A stretch of DNA of 64,000 bases from Verrucomicrobiales bacterium. GTDB taxonomy: Bacteria; Verrucomicrobiota; Verrucomicrobiia; Verrucomicrobiales; SLCJ01. Below are positions 63,617-64,000 of the stretch, one piece after another. The stretch is taken from positions 1-64,000 of the forward strand of contig JBJTQJ010000052.1 of the NCBI GenBank assembly GCA_046075565.1. Direction: 5' to 3'. Both the position numbers and the translations under genes were made by a program. Each line of letters starts with the position of its first letter. The stretch's first letter is position 1. The notes beneath the pieces were generated by a model that saw nothing but the letters and a program-made list of their open reading frames with translations, was not told the origin of the DNA and made no database searches.

Positions 63617-64000
63617 ATGGCAACGGCTACTTTTCCCAATCCTACGGACTACCATTTTGCTTCAATTCCCGATTTAGGGGACGGGCGAGCCCGCCAATAC
63701 TATGAGAAGCTTTTCCGCGGCCTCGCCCACAAATTGAACAATCAGACTTCGGTCGTGCACGGCTTTTCCAGCCTGCTCCTCATGCAGGACAACCTCGACA
63801 GCGGCGCCCGCGACAATATTTCGCACATGAAGGACGCCTCCAACCAGATGTCCGCCCTCATGAGCCGCGTGCTCCTGCTCTCCGGTTGCGGACGCCCCGC
63901 GATGCAGCGCTTGCAATTCGGGGAGTTCTTGGCCATGATGGACCGCCCGATGCGCGAACTCATGCAAGGCCAGGGCGTGCCGTTCACCGCAAACATCGCG
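63617..64000 (+). CDS. Histidine-kinase-like protein (HisKA/DHp), partial
   Basis: Not in the ORF track (runs off the edge). Translation MATATFPN...RGLAHKLNNQTSVVHGFSSLL resembles the H-box GxAHDxNNxLxxIxGxxxLL. Confidence 0.7.
   Translation, partial: MATATFPNPTDYHFASIPDLGDGRARQYYEKLFRGLAHKLNNQTSVVHGFSSLLLMQDNLDSGARDNISHMKDASNQMSALMSRVLLLSGCGRPAMQRLQFGEFLAMMDRPMRELMQGQGVPFTANIA

Overview
GC-rich bacterial chromosomal segment, most likely Verrucomicrobiota/PVC superphylum. This is inferred from the tRNA-Thr-tuf-tRNA-Trp-secE-nusG-rplKAJL-rpoBC gene order, a prepilin-type H-X9-DG protein, DUF3500/YHYH proteins and the ExbBD-TPR module. The right quarter (48.8-62 kb) is the core transcription/translation cluster. 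The rest mixes housekeeping genes (hisG, mscL, mazG, uvrC, yebC, glnB/K, comF, Lhr-PdeM), transport (RND tripartite pump, MntR-regulated SitABCD-type Mn/Fe ABC, ExbBD) and accessory genes. The accessory genes include a large secreted esterase-Ig-repeat protein running off the left edge, a vapBC TA pair, an IS66 relic, a decaying sbtA/CbbR-like LysR cassette, a GH29 fucosidase, an intact RAYT flanked by REP doublets, many other REP-like families, a GT4 + PIG-L-like pair and an sdaA with an in-frame stop. No CRISPR array, rRNA or prophage was seen. Best candidates for undescribed biology: (i) the Mn-uptake operon extended by a small conserved protein and an EboB-like TatD hydrolase, (ii) the HPGHE PIG-L-like protein + coiled-coil GT4 pair, (iii) a three-way-junction RNA upstream of rplL where the usual L10 leader has no room, (iv) the RAYT/REP landscape with a nested insertion. 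All calls were made by eye from motifs; no database searches were run.
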